NCBI GenBank assembly: GCA_965205485.1
Contig: OZ242180.1
Location: 2,016,001-2,080,000, forward strand
Length of the DNA stretch: 64,000 bases
Reading direction: 5' to 3'
Origin: Candidatus Latescibacterota bacterium
GTDB lineage: Bacteria; Latescibacterota; UBA2968; GCA-2709665
Shown: positions 50,207 to 59,473 of the stretch, one piece after another
How positions within the stretch are numbered: the stretch's first letter is position 1
Layout of the letters: every line of letters starts with the position of its first letter
Notes under the pieces: model-generated
The model's input: the letters and a program-made list of their open reading frames with translations, nothing else
Told to the model about the DNA's origin: nothing
Databases searched by the model: none
Made by a program: the position numbers and the translations under genes

Positions 50207-51906
50207 ATTTCCTCCGGCGCCTTCAGGCCAAGCAGGTGGAGTCCCGTAGCCAGCACGGCGGTAATCGAATAAACGAGCGCGATTCGCGCGCGGGTGAGCG
50301 ACACGTCGTCCGAAATGACCCGGTGTGCGTTGTAAAACCGGTTTGCCTCGGTGCAGAGTTCGATCAGGAACCCGGCAATCAGAGACGGCTCACAGGTTTC
50401 GGCCGCGTTCCGGATTCGCTCGGGAAACCGTTCCATGCACTTGACCACGGCCACGGTCTCGGGTTCGGTCAACAGAGAAAGGTCCGCGTCTGACGGTGGC
50501 ACCGCGCCTCCGTACCTGCGCAACACACTGCAATACCGGGCGTGGGTATATTGTATGTAGGGGCCGGTCTCACCGTTGAAATTCAGGATCTCATCCCAGT
50601 CGAACACCACATCCCGCGTCCGGCGGGAATCCAGGTCCGCATAGACGACCGCACCGATGCCCACGTCCCGCGCGATCCCATCCCTTTCGGAAAGATCCGG
50701 ATTCTTGTCCTCCACAATGTCCCGTGTCAACTCAATGGCTCGGTTCAGCACGTCCTCCAGGAAAATTACGTTTCCCCGGCGGCTCGACATCCTTCCTTCC
50801 TTAAAGGAAATAATGCCGAACGGAACGTGTACGCAGTCTTTCGCCCATTCACAGCCCATCCGTTCCAGCACCTTGAAGAGCTGCCGGAAATGCAGGGACT
50901 GCCCGGCGTCGGTCGTATAAATCAACTTGTCGAAGTCGTAGGTCTTCTTCCGGTAAATCGCCGCTGCCAGGTCCCGCGTGAGATAGACGCTGGTATCGTG
51001 TCCGGTCTGGATGATGGCCGGAGGCATGTCATCTTCATCCAGCATGACGACAAGGGCGCCCTCACTCTCCACGGCAAGTCCCCTGGCCTTCAGTTCGTCT
51101 ATTACGGGTCCGACCTTGTCGTGGAAGAAACTCTCTCCTGTATATTCCGCAAACGTGACATCCAGCAGTTCGTAGATCCGCTTGAAGTCCTTGACCGTCT
51201 CGTCTCTGAACCACTTCCAAAGTCGAAGCGCTTCCGTGTCCCCCGCCTCCAGTTTCTTTGTCCAGTACTTTACGGCGTTTCCGAGAGACGGGTCCTTTTC
51301 CATCTCAGCGTTGTATTTTACGTAAAGATTGAAGAGCGCATAGGGCGGATTCTCACGAATCGCGTTATCGTCTCCCCAGCGCTTGTATGCGGCGATGCTC
51401 ATCCCGTGCTTGGCGCCCCAGTCCCCAAGGTGGTTGATGCCGATCACGTTCCATCCCGTGGCCTTGTACAGCCTGCAGAGCGAGTTCCCGATTGCAGTCG
51501 AACGGATGTGCGCGATCGTGAACGGTTTGGAGACATCCGGCGAGGAGAAGTCGATCACGACCGTCTTTCCCGAGCCCACGTCGCTTCGGCCGAATTGCCC
51601 GCGCCTGGCGAGGATTTCCGAAAGTGTCTCCCGCACGAATTCGGTCTGGCTCACGTAAAAATTGAGATACGGGCCCTCAGCCCGCACCCGGGCAATTCGG
51701 CCGCCGGTCCGAATGCTCACCCCAAGATCCCGGGCGATCTGATTCGGCGCTTTACGCAGTGTTTTTGCAAACCTGAAGCACGGAAGCGCGTAATCCCCCA
51801 TCTCGGGCTTTGGGGGGACCTCAACCAGCGACCGCACATCATCATGCGGCATGTCAGTTGCCGCAGACACCTGCGATACGATTTCTTCAACAAAAGGATT
51901 GACCAT
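50203..51906 (-). CDS. argS: Arginine--tRNA ligase (divergent HIGH motif)
   Basis: GDYA.PCF, GPYLNF, NHLGDWG, YLTRD, MSSRRG, GETGPYIQYTHAR, C-terminal PEEM. Confidence 0.92.
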   Translation of the reverse strand: MVNPFVEEIVSQVSAATDMPHDDVRSLVEVPPKPEMGDYALPCFRFAKTLRKAPNQIARDLGVSIRTGGRIARVRAEGPYLNFYVSQTEFVRETLSEILARRGQFGRSDVGSGKTVVIDFSSPDVSKPFTIAHIRSTAIGNSLCRLYKATGWNVIGINHLGDWGAKHGMSIAAYKRWGDDNAIRENPPYALFNLYVKYNAEMEKDPSLGNAVKYWTKKLEAGDTEALRLWKWFRDETVKDFKRIYELLDVTFAEYTGESFFHDKVGPVIDELKARGLAVESEGALVVMLDEDDMPPAIIQTGHDTSVYLTRDLAAAIYRKKTYDFDKLIYTTDAGQSLHFRQLFKVLERMGCEWAKDCVHVPFGIISFKEGRMSSRRGNVIFLEDVLNRAIELTRDIVEDKNPDLSERDGIARDVGIGAVVYADLDSRRTRDVVFDWDEILNFNGETGPYIQYTHARYCSVLRRYGGAVPPSDADLSLLTEPETVAVVKCMERFPERIRNAAETCEPSLIAGFLIELCTEANRFYNAHRVISDDVSLTRARIALVYSITAVLATGLHLLGLKAPEEM

Positions 51907-52104
51907 AAAGCAGGACCTCGCGCCCCAAGCCCAGTAAAGAAAACTGTCAGCCGTCAGCTAGAATCAAAAGCAAAAGACAAGATCAAAAGCAACCCCTCCG
52001 CCCTGCCCAGACCTCTCTCCCCGGCCCTCTCTCCCGCCGGGAGAGAGGGAGACAAGTCGGGTTTCACTCTATCAATGCATTTCACAACCGGCGACGGGGG
52101 GTAC

Positions 52105-52385
52105 GGGGGGTTTTTCCGTGCCAATCCGTCCAGCGCATTTGTACTGATACAGCTGAAGGGTTGGCAGGCCGGCCAATTCCCATTTATGCCTCTGAGGTGA
52201 TTCACGGAAAAACCGGCCCGCTGCCGAAGGGCGCGCTTCTTTTTGGTCCTTCTTCCCGTGGCGCATAAGAAAAAGGACGTAAAAGAAAGAAAATAAAGGC
52301 GGATTTATGAAAAAAACTGATACGCAAATGACATACCTGTAGTTTGCCTGTCAATACGAAATCATGCCTACGGCGTGTTCCTTAA
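52105..52385 (+). repeat. Structured repeat element, copy B
   Basis: Collinear with 3205-3475; stem GGTTTTTCCGTG (52109-52120)/CACGGAAAAACC (52203-52214); ends with TGCCTACGGCGTGTTCCTT as at 2842. Confidence 0.8.
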
Positions 52386-52551
52386 AAGCGGGGAGACGGA
52401 AGACGTAGTGGGTAGAGATCACCTGCCTTGTCAGGTTGTCCTCTCGTGCCGGAGGCAACGAGGAATCAAACATCGGGCAAGGATTTCCTCTCCCGTCTAC
52501 CCGGTTTTATCGCCAGGTAGAGCGTCTCACGTCTACCCGATTTTATCGATT

Positions 52552-53301
52552 CTACGGTTTTGACGCCATGTAGAGTGTGGCGAGGGTCAGCCGGCGTTCC
52601 ACCGCATCCTGAAACCCCGCCTGCGTCAAACGCATTCGAAATGCTTCTCCCTCCGGAAATCCCATAACGGACTCATAGAGATACCGGTACGCCAGAGGGT
52701 TCCGTGAAACAAGCCGGCCGATTCCGGGAAGGATGATTCTGAAATAGAAGAGGTAAACCCTGCTCAACAGGAACGCTCTGGGACGGGAAAACTCCAGAAT
52801 CAACAGGAACGCTCTGGGACGGGAAAACTCCAGAATCGCCAGCCGGCCGCCCGGGCGCAGCACACGGAGTATCTCGAGAAGGCCGGCGTTCAGGTCCGAA
52901 AAGTTCCGAACTCCGAAACCGATCGTTACCGCGTGAAACCGTGCATCGGGAAACGGCAGCCGTTGCGCGTCTCCCCGAAGCAGGTACAGCCGGCCGGATC
53001 TTCTCTTTCGCTTTCTGTTCCCGATCCGAAGCATTGGCAGTGAAAGGTCGGCGCCCACAACCCGCACCCCCGGGTCGCGCGCAGCCGCTTCGAGTCCCAG
53101 GTCGGCCGTTCCGGTTGCCAGATCCAGGATCCACCAGCCCGTTTCCGGATCCAGTGCGTCGACCGTCCAGCGCCGCCAGAGAATATCCACGCCGGCGCTC
53201 AACAGGTGGTTCAGCAGATCGTACGTGCCGGCAATACCGTCGAACATCTGACGAACGAAGGTCCGCCTGGCATCGCGTTCCTGATGGTCGGAACCCGCCA
53301 C
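52552..53301 (-). CDS. ubiE: UbiE/MenG-family quinone C-methyltransferase carrying a 36-bp in-frame tandem duplication
   Basis: MFDGIA..YDLLN.LLS.G...WR, LDLATGTAD, FGVRN, RVLRPGG, AYRYL.ES..FP. Confidence 0.88.
   Translation of the reverse strand: MAGSDHQERDARRTFVRQMFDGIAGTYDLLNHLLSAGVDILWRRWTVDALDPETGWWILDLATGTADLGLEAAARDPGVRVVGADLSLPMLRIGNRKRKRRSGRLYLLRGDAQRLPFPDARFHAVTIGFGVRNFSDLNAGLLEILRVLRPGGRLAILEFSRPRAFLLILEFSRPRAFLLSRVYLFYFRIILPGIGRLVSRNPLAYRYLYESVMGFPEGEAFRMRLTQAGFQDAVERRLTLATLYMASKP
52765..52836. repeat. Perfect 36-bp tandem duplication within ubiE
   Basis: CAACAGGAACGCTCTGGGACGGGAAAACTCCAGAAT x2 = ILEFSRPRAFLL x2. Confidence 0.95.
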
Positions 53302-53303
53302 CG

Positions 53304-54170
53304 CTACGCCCGAAACCGGCCGATTGTCGCCTGCTTCATCACGTCGACGGGCGGATCGATACCCGTCCAGATGGCAAACGAACGCGCGCCCTGGTGCACA
53401 AGCATATCCAGGCCTCCATACGCCGGCGCTCCGGCGGATCGGAACTGACGCATCAGGAGCGTATCCAGCGGATTGAAAACCGTGTCGTAGAGTACCAGCT
53501 GCGGGTGTATCGCGTCTGTATCCGCCAGGGGCGTCCGCTCCACGTCCGGAACCATCCCCAGCGACGTTCCGTTCACGACCAGGCCGGCATCGGCGAATCG
53601 ACTCATCTGCGTGTCTTTCTTCAGGTCACCCGCGTCGATTGCCTTACCCGTTATGCGTTGCATATCACGCGCGAGGGCCTCAGCCCGGGCAACGGTCCGG
53701 TTGAGAATGCTCACTCGCCTCACTTCTTTCCGCGAGGCCAGCGCGTAAACCGCCGCCCGCGCAACGCCACCCGCGCCCAGGATCACGCAATGCTCCGGGA
53801 GCTCGGCGAGACCCGCGGTGCGCTCCAGGGCGGTGACCAATCCGTACACGTCGGTATTCTGCCCGACCAGCTCGCCGTCCCTGAGAGAAATCGTGTTCAC
53901 CGCGCCCACGGCCAGCGCTTCTTCCGAAATCCGGTCCAGGTGCGGCATCACCGCGGATTTGTGGGGAAGGGTAACGTTTAATCCCCGGATCTGCAGTGCG
54001 CGCATACCGTCAAGCGCCGGTTCAATCCCGTCCGGCAATACGTGAAAGGCGACGTAACAGTAATCGATCTCAAGAACGTCTATGGCCGCATTGTGCATGT
54101 CCGGAGAAAACGAGTGGGTGATGGGGTCGCCCATCACGCCCAGCAATCGCGTGGTCGAGACAATACCCAA
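53304..54170 (-). CDS. aroE: Shikimate dehydrogenase
   Basis: HSFSP.MHN, NVTLPHK, GAVNT, NTD..G, GAGG.ARA, MLVHQG. Confidence 0.94.
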   Translation of the reverse strand: MGIVSTTRLLGVMGDPITHSFSPDMHNAAIDVLEIDYCYVAFHVLPDGIEPALDGMRALQIRGLNVTLPHKSAVMPHLDRISEEALAVGAVNTISLRDGELVGQNTDVYGLVTALERTAGLAELPEHCVILGAGGVARAAVYALASRKEVRRVSILNRTVARAEALARDMQRITGKAIDAGDLKKDTQMSRFADAGLVVNGTSLGMVPDVERTPLADTDAIHPQLVLYDTVFNPLDTLLMRQFRSAGAPAYGGLDMLVHQGARSFAIWTGIDPPVDVMKQATIGRFRA

Positions 54171-54261
54171 AACAGACTCCTCTGGCCTGGTGCTCTGTTC
54201 CGGTTATCGCGCATTGCCAGCCGGAGTTCCTCCAAACCGAAACCGGCAACGCGTTGCTCGT

Positions 54262-54318
54262 CAGCCCGTCGAAAAGGCCCAACCGGCCTCGCCTGCAGAG
54301 CGATTTTATCAACGGGTC
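54262..54318 (+). mobile_element. MITE family 1, internally deleted remnant
   Basis: CAGCCCGTCGAAAAGG...CGGCCTCGCCTGCAGAGCGATTTTATCAACGG: both ends of the 160-bp element joined. Confidence 0.75.
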
Positions 54319-54449
54319 AGGTCCGACACAAACTGGTCGGCAATGGCGAAACTCTCTTTCCACGAACAGTTGTAGGTGTACCGAATGAAGACCACGCCTC
54401 CCAGGAACACCAGCAACGCCAGAAGGAATAACCTGACAACCAGTCTCAT
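54309..54449 (-). CDS. 46-aa single-pass membrane protein; not in ORF track
   Basis: AGGAGAG RBS; MRLVVRLFLLALLVFLGGVVFIRYTYNCSWKESFAIADQFVSDLTR*; stop codon lies in the MITE end. Confidence 0.65.
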   Translation of the reverse strand: MRLVVRLFLLALLVFLGGVVFIRYTYNCSWKESFAIADQFVSDLTR

Positions 54450-54542
54450 AAGGCTCTCCTCGTATCGAAGATTGACTCACGCCGCCTGCAACGGCCGGCT
54501 GCCGCCGCAGCGCAAGGCGGGCATCTGAATGTTGCGCAGGAA

Positions 54543-55847
54543 CTACGCTTTCTGTACCGACGCCAGCCGGTCCATCATCCCCAGATCCAAGGGCCCGGGA
54601 TTCCTGACGAGCGTGTCCCCCTCGCTGGCCAGCGCTGCCAGCCGGAGCGCCATGGACACGCGGGCGTCGCCGGCGGCATCGAGCTCGTCGCCTTGAGGTT
54701 GCCCCCCCTTCACAACCAGCCCGTCCGGCATCTCTCCCACTTGAATGTCCATCTTCCTCAGGTTCTCCACGAGAACCGAAATACAGTCAACCGGTCCAGT
54801 CCTCAATGCCCCGGCATCCCGTATTATGGTTTCGCCCCGGGAAACGGCGCCCGCGACCGCCACGAGTGGGAGCACGTCCCGCATCAGTCGCGCGTTCGCA
54901 CCCGCGATCCTTATGCCGCGCAGGTCGGACCCCCTGATCCGTAAGTTCCGGGCAGGGAAACCGGAATCCGTCCGGAAATGGGTCACATCCATAGCCACGT
55001 TCATCCTGCGCAGTATGTCCACGATCCTGCGGCTTCTCGAGTCCATTCCGAAATGCCTCAACGTCAAATCGGACTGTTTCAGCATCGCCGCAGCCAGGGC
55101 GAGAAACAACCCGGCGTCCGGACTTCCCGGCAACTCATGGGTAGCGGCGCGGAGCCGCACGGGTCCTTCCATCAACAACCGATAACCTCCGTCCTCCTTG
55201 ATCCGCTTCTTCTTCAGATCGCATCCCGCGGCCCGGAGCAACACTTCCAGATCGTCGTCCCCGCCGGTGTCCTGAAGGAGTTCTATCGGCCCATCCACAC
55301 CCAAACCGGCCATCAGCACGCCGCATTTTACCGCCAGGTCGGGACGTCCGACGCGGTAGGATCCGCCGGTCAGCCCCGATCCACCAACTCCGGCCGATAT
55401 CCCGTCCCCAACAGAAGTATCCACGTGCGCGCCCAGCGATCGAAGCGCCTCGGCAACCCGGTACACGCCGTCATCGGTCTGAACCCCGGAGAGCCTCGTT
55501 ACAAAAGGGGCGCTGGACAACAATCCCGCCAGACAGGAAAACAGAATAAGGGAACCGTCCACATTCAGCACATCGTCCGTCGACCGGAACGGCGCGCCGG
55601 TTACCGCAGCGGTCTCACCATCCCGCGCAACCATAATCCCGAGTTGCGACAGCAACTCACCGGTTCGCTCGACGTCGCGTCTTCGCGAACACCTGCGGAC
55701 TTCGGAAATCCCGTCGGCCGTGGACGCAAGGGCGAGGGCGATTATCGAAAGTTCAGCATCGCCGGGGAGGTCGGTAACCCCCTTGAGCCCGGGCGATGGC
55801 TTGATGGTGTCTTCGGAGACTATCGGACCCGTGAGTTCCAAATCCAC
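54543..55847 (-). CDS. EPSP synthase (AroA)-fold protein lacking most catalytic residues
   Basis: Length, fold-pattern residues and position after tyrA match aroA, but motifs read PGDAELSII, DLAVK, RTGPVDC, GDARVSM. Confidence 0.8.
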   Translation of the reverse strand: MDLELTGPIVSEDTIKPSPGLKGVTDLPGDAELSIIALALASTADGISEVRRCSRRRDVERTGELLSQLGIMVARDGETAAVTGAPFRSTDDVLNVDGSLILFSCLAGLLSSAPFVTRLSGVQTDDGVYRVAEALRSLGAHVDTSVGDGISAGVGGSGLTGGSYRVGRPDLAVKCGVLMAGLGVDGPIELLQDTGGDDDLEVLLRAAGCDLKKKRIKEDGGYRLLMEGPVRLRAATHELPGSPDAGLFLALAAAMLKQSDLTLRHFGMDSRSRRIVDILRRMNVAMDVTHFRTDSGFPARNLRIRGSDLRGIRIAGANARLMRDVLPLVAVAGAVSRGETIIRDAGALRTGPVDCISVLVENLRKMDIQVGEMPDGLVVKGGQPQGDELDAAGDARVSMALRLAALASEGDTLVRNPGPLDLGMMDRLASVQKA

Positions 55848-55852
55848 TTCTG

Positions 55853-56965
55853 CTACCTCATCCTGACGCGGTAGCCCGCCTTCGCCAGTACGTCAACGGC
55901 CCGTTCCGCGCACGAACGTGAATCGAACCCCATCCGAATGGTGCCCCCTTCCCCCTCGCGCACGTTCAGCACCTCGATGTCGTTTATGTTGATATTCTCT
56001 GCGGACAATGTCCGGGCGACGTGGGCAATCACACCCGGTCTGTCTTCCGCCAGCAGAAGGATTTCGTACAGTGGATGCAGGAATCCCTTGGAGTCCTTCG
56101 GGATCTGTCCGCGTATTCGATTCGCATAGGCAAATGCCTGTTCCAGACGGGCGCGGTCCACGGCCGAGCGAATTGCCGAAAGCGACTCCATATAAAGATC
56201 GATCATCTCGCGGATCGGGGCCGCGTTGGTATGGCAGATGTCCCGCCACATTTCATATGGACTGGAAGCAATGCGCGTCAGGTCCCGAAACCCCCCCGCC
56301 GCCATTTGAATCGGCAGTCCTTCGTCTTCCGTCATCCTTCCGACCATGGACACCAGGCTTGTGGCCATCATCTGCGGCAGGTGGCTTACCGCCGCCGCCG
56401 CGCGGTCGTGTTCCCGGGGCGTCATCTTCATCGGTCTGGCCCCGAATGCCCTTACGAGACGCGCGAGCTTTTCAACCACGATATCGGGCGTGTCCGGCGA
56501 CGGCGTCAACACATAAATCGCATTCTGAAAAAGGAACGGGTCCGCCGCGCTCACCCCTCGATGCTCGGAACCGGCCATCGGGTGCCCGCCGACAAAATGC
56601 GCGTCATCCCTTGCGTGGGCCGTCGCCGTGGAGACAATCGCGTGCTTGGTGCTGCCGACATCGGTCACGAGCGCATCCTGTCGCGCCGCTCCCAGCACCT
56701 CAGGCAGCATGTCCAGAATACGGACGATGGGCGTACACAGGAAAACCAGCGCCGCATCGCGAATCCCGGATTCGAGGTCCTCATAGCGATAGCCCGCGTC
56801 GATAACATCCAGCTCGAAGGCCGCGTCCAGGGTCTCCTGCCGGCTGATACCGACGATATGACTTCCAATGCCCAGACCCTTGAGCGCCAGCCCGAGCGAA
56901 CCGCCGATCAGCCCCACCCCGACAACTGCAATCGCATCGCGCGCAAAAGGAGGATCGTTGGCCAT
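55853..56965 (-). CDS. tyrA: Prephenate/arogenate dehydrogenase with C-terminal ACT domain
   Basis: GVGLIGGSLG, TDVGSTK, GGHPMAGSE, HD..AA.VSHLPQ, GFRDLTRIA, DRPGVIA. Confidence 0.93.
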   Translation of the reverse strand: MANDPPFARDAIAVVGVGLIGGSLGLALKGLGIGSHIVGISRQETLDAAFELDVIDAGYRYEDLESGIRDAALVFLCTPIVRILDMLPEVLGAARQDALVTDVGSTKHAIVSTATAHARDDAHFVGGHPMAGSEHRGVSAADPFLFQNAIYVLTPSPDTPDIVVEKLARLVRAFGARPMKMTPREHDRAAAAVSHLPQMMATSLVSMVGRMTEDEGLPIQMAAGGFRDLTRIASSPYEMWRDICHTNAAPIREMIDLYMESLSAIRSAVDRARLEQAFAYANRIRGQIPKDSKGFLHPLYEILLLAEDRPGVIAHVARTLSAENININDIEVLNVREGEGGTIRMGFDSRSCAERAVDVLAKAGYRVRMR

Positions 56966-57043
56966 GCGGTCATCCTCGGAGGTCGAGGAGAATGCGCCCT
57001 CGGGACGTTGGGGTCCGTTTCTGTCTTCCGGTCCCGTTCGCAA

Positions 57044-58072
57044 TCATATCCCCTCGGCCAGTTCCTTTACGAACGCCTCGGTGTCTTCCCACCCCAGGCA
57101 CGGATCGGTAATGGATTTGCCGTACACGCCGTCATTGACGTCTTGCGCCCCCTCAACCAGATAGCTCTCCACCATCAATCCGCGGATCATGTCGTTCAGG
57201 AACGGCGAATTCTGCCGGCTGCGTATCACTTCCAAACCGATCCGCGGCTGTTCGCTGAACTGCTTGCCCGAGTTATTGTGATTCGTATCCACGACGATCG
57301 CGGCGTTGGCAAGCGGCCGCTGCCGATACAGTTCCGCCGCGTACATGAGGTCCTCGAAATGGTAATTCGGGATGCTGCGCCCGGTTACGTCCACGGCGCC
57401 GCGAAGCACGGCGTGCGTCATGGGATTGCCGTCGGTGCGTACCTCCCAGCCGTTATAGATGAAGACGTGCGGGATCTGGGAGGCATGAATTGCGTTCAGC
57501 ATAACCGAAAGATCTCCTCCCGTCGGGTTTTTCATTCCCACGGGAACGTCAACGCCGCTGCAGGTCAATCGGTGCTGCTGGTTTTCTACCGACCGGGCGC
57601 CCACGGCTATATAGCTCAGCAGGTCCTCGACGTACGGCAAATTGCCCGGATAGAGCATCTCGTCGGCCGCCGTCAGGTGGGATTCACGGACCGCCCGGAT
57701 GTGCATCTGACGGACCGCGTAAATGCCCTCGGACATGTCCGGCGCCTTTCGCGGGTCCGGCTGATGTCCCATGCCCTTGTATCCCTCGCCGGTTGTGCGG
57801 GGTTTGTTGGTATAGAGCCGGGGCACCAGAATGAGCGTTTCCCGGACGGTCTCCTGCAGTTTCGCCAACCGGGAGACGTATTCACATACGGCGTCTTCAT
57901 TGTGCGCGGAGCAGGGGCCGATCACCAGGAGAAACTTCCGGCTCCTGCGCGCGAAGACGTCGCGGATTTCCGCATCCCGCTGCTCCTTTATACCCTTCAG
58001 GTTCTTCGGAAGCGGCATCTTGTCCAGCACGGCTTCCGGGGTGGGTATCTTCATGTTTTTCGTGAATGCCAT
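57044..58072 (-). CDS. 3-deoxy-7-phosphoheptulonate (DAHP) synthase, class I-alpha
   Basis: IGPCS, KPRTTG.GYKG, GARS.E.Q.HR, GMKN, HAVLRG, SITDPCLGW. Confidence 0.93.
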   Translation of the reverse strand: MAFTKNMKIPTPEAVLDKMPLPKNLKGIKEQRDAEIRDVFARRSRKFLLVIGPCSAHNEDAVCEYVSRLAKLQETVRETLILVPRLYTNKPRTTGEGYKGMGHQPDPRKAPDMSEGIYAVRQMHIRAVRESHLTAADEMLYPGNLPYVEDLLSYIAVGARSVENQQHRLTCSGVDVPVGMKNPTGGDLSVMLNAIHASQIPHVFIYNGWEVRTDGNPMTHAVLRGAVDVTGRSIPNYHFEDLMYAAELYRQRPLANAAIVVDTNHNNSGKQFSEQPRIGLEVIRSRQNSPFLNDMIRGLMVESYLVEGAQDVNDGVYGKSITDPCLGWEDTEAFVKELAEGI

Positions 58073-58141
58073 GCGCTGCCGACTCCGTGACTAACCTCGT
58101 TCTTCAAACGTGACGAAACGTCCCGACCGATCTCGAGCTAA

Positions 58142-58353
58142 GAAGCTGTTTTAAAATTACCGGTGAGTTCCCGAGCACGAGCGAAAAAGCGGCGGTTATG
58201 AGGCGCGAGGGGCGCGCAGCGCCGACGGGAGAATTCGCCCATATTTAATGTATCGTGGCTGCGCGCCCCTCGTCACTCTTGGGTGGATTTGCCCAACGCC
58301 GACCGGCGCTTTTGCAGCCGTGCGAAGACCGCTGGGAATTTTAAGACAGCTTC
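58142..58353 (+). mobile_element. MITE family 2, 212-bp copy with two extra mutually complementary inserts
   Basis: TIRs GAAGCTGTTTTAAAATT / AATTTTAAGACAGCTTC; TAA duplicated on both flanks. Confidence 0.85.
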
Positions 58354-58379
58354 TAAGGTTTAGAAAGGTTCGCCCCTGA

Positions 58380-58649
58380 TTAACTTTCCTGATTCTTCTG
58401 CATGAGGCGCCTGGACTCATCGATGATCTGCTGAAAGATACGTCGCACCGCCTCGTCGTCCGTGGGCCCCTCGTTCAGTTCAAGTATCCGGTTCAGGATC
58501 GACTTCTCACGTTCCGGCACGAAGATCGGTTGTTCGATAGCCTGCTTGATCCTGCCGATTTCCATGGCGCATTCGGCTCGTCGATTCAGAAGCTCCAGCA
58601 GCTTCTGGTCCAGGATGTCGATTTCCCTACGCCAGTCTTCAAGGTCCAT
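58380..58649 (-). CDS. Chorismate mutase (AroQ type)
   Basis: WRREID.LD..LL.LLNRR...IG.IK...REKSIL. Confidence 0.92.
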   Translation of the reverse strand: MDLEDWRREIDILDQKLLELLNRRAECAMEIGRIKQAIEQPIFVPEREKSILNRILELNEGPTDDEAVRRIFQQIIDESRRLMQKNQES

Positions 58650-59451
58650 CGGATGCTCCCTTCAGCGGTTGCACCAGTTCTTGGACGAATTCCCCGATGT
58701 GCGAAACGAGGTCCGGGTCGGTCTGCCGCTGTGCGATCCGCCGTACGATTGCGCTGCCAACCACGACCGCATCCGCGTATCCTGCAACCTCTCCGGACTG
58801 TTCGGGCGTTGAAATCCCGAATCCGACAGCTACCGGTTGCGAGGTGTGTCGCCGGATTGCCGCCACCCTTTCGCCCAGTGTTTCCTCCAGGCGGTCCCGC
58901 TCCCCGGTCACACCCGTGCGGGACACGTAATACACGAATCCGCTGGTGTGAGACGCGATCCGTCGAATGCGGTCCTCGCGGCTGGTGGGCGCGATGAGAA
59001 AAATCGTATCCAATCCCCGTTTCTCCATCAGACCCTTGTACTCCCCCGCCTCTTCCGGTGGAAGATCCAGCGCCAGAATGCCGTCCACCCCCGCTTCGGC
59101 CGCTCTGTCGACAAGCCGTTCGAGACCGAAACGGTGCATCGGATTGAAATACGTAAACAGGACAATGGGTATCTCGGACTCCAGGCGCAGTTCCGCCACC
59201 AGGTCCATGACGTCGCCGATGGAAACGCGATGCCTCAGCGCCCGCTGCGAGGCTGCCTGGATCTCAGGTCCGTCCGCCAGCGGATCGGAGAACGGTACGC
59301 CCAGCTCAAGTATGTCCACCCCGCGCCGTTCCAGCTCCGGTACGAGTTTCCGGGTGGTTGCCATATCCGGGTCTCCGGCCGTGATATAGGCGACAAACCC
59401 GGTCTTTCCCGCACTCTTCAACGCTTCGAACCGTCTCCCGATCCTCGTCAT
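58639..59451 (-). CDS. trpA: Tryptophan synthase alpha chain
   Basis: YITAGDPD, ELGVPFSDPLADGP.IQ, SRTGVTG, VGFGIS. Confidence 0.96.
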   Translation of the reverse strand: MTRIGRRFEALKSAGKTGFVAYITAGDPDMATTRKLVPELERRGVDILELGVPFSDPLADGPEIQAASQRALRHRVSIGDVMDLVAELRLESEIPIVLFTYFNPMHRFGLERLVDRAAEAGVDGILALDLPPEEAGEYKGLMEKRGLDTIFLIAPTSREDRIRRIASHTSGFVYYVSRTGVTGERDRLEETLGERVAAIRRHTSQPVAVGFGISTPEQSGEVAGYADAVVVGSAIVRRIAQRQTDPDLVSHIGEFVQELVQPLKGASDGP

Positions 59452-59473
59452 CAGGGCAACTCCATGTAACGAG

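Noticed and set aside
56021..58090. Long antisense/alternate-frame ORFs (e.g. 56021-58090, 50542-52200, 41951-43471, 965-2689)
   Set aside because: Shadows of well-supported genes in high-GC DNA; no recognisable motifs
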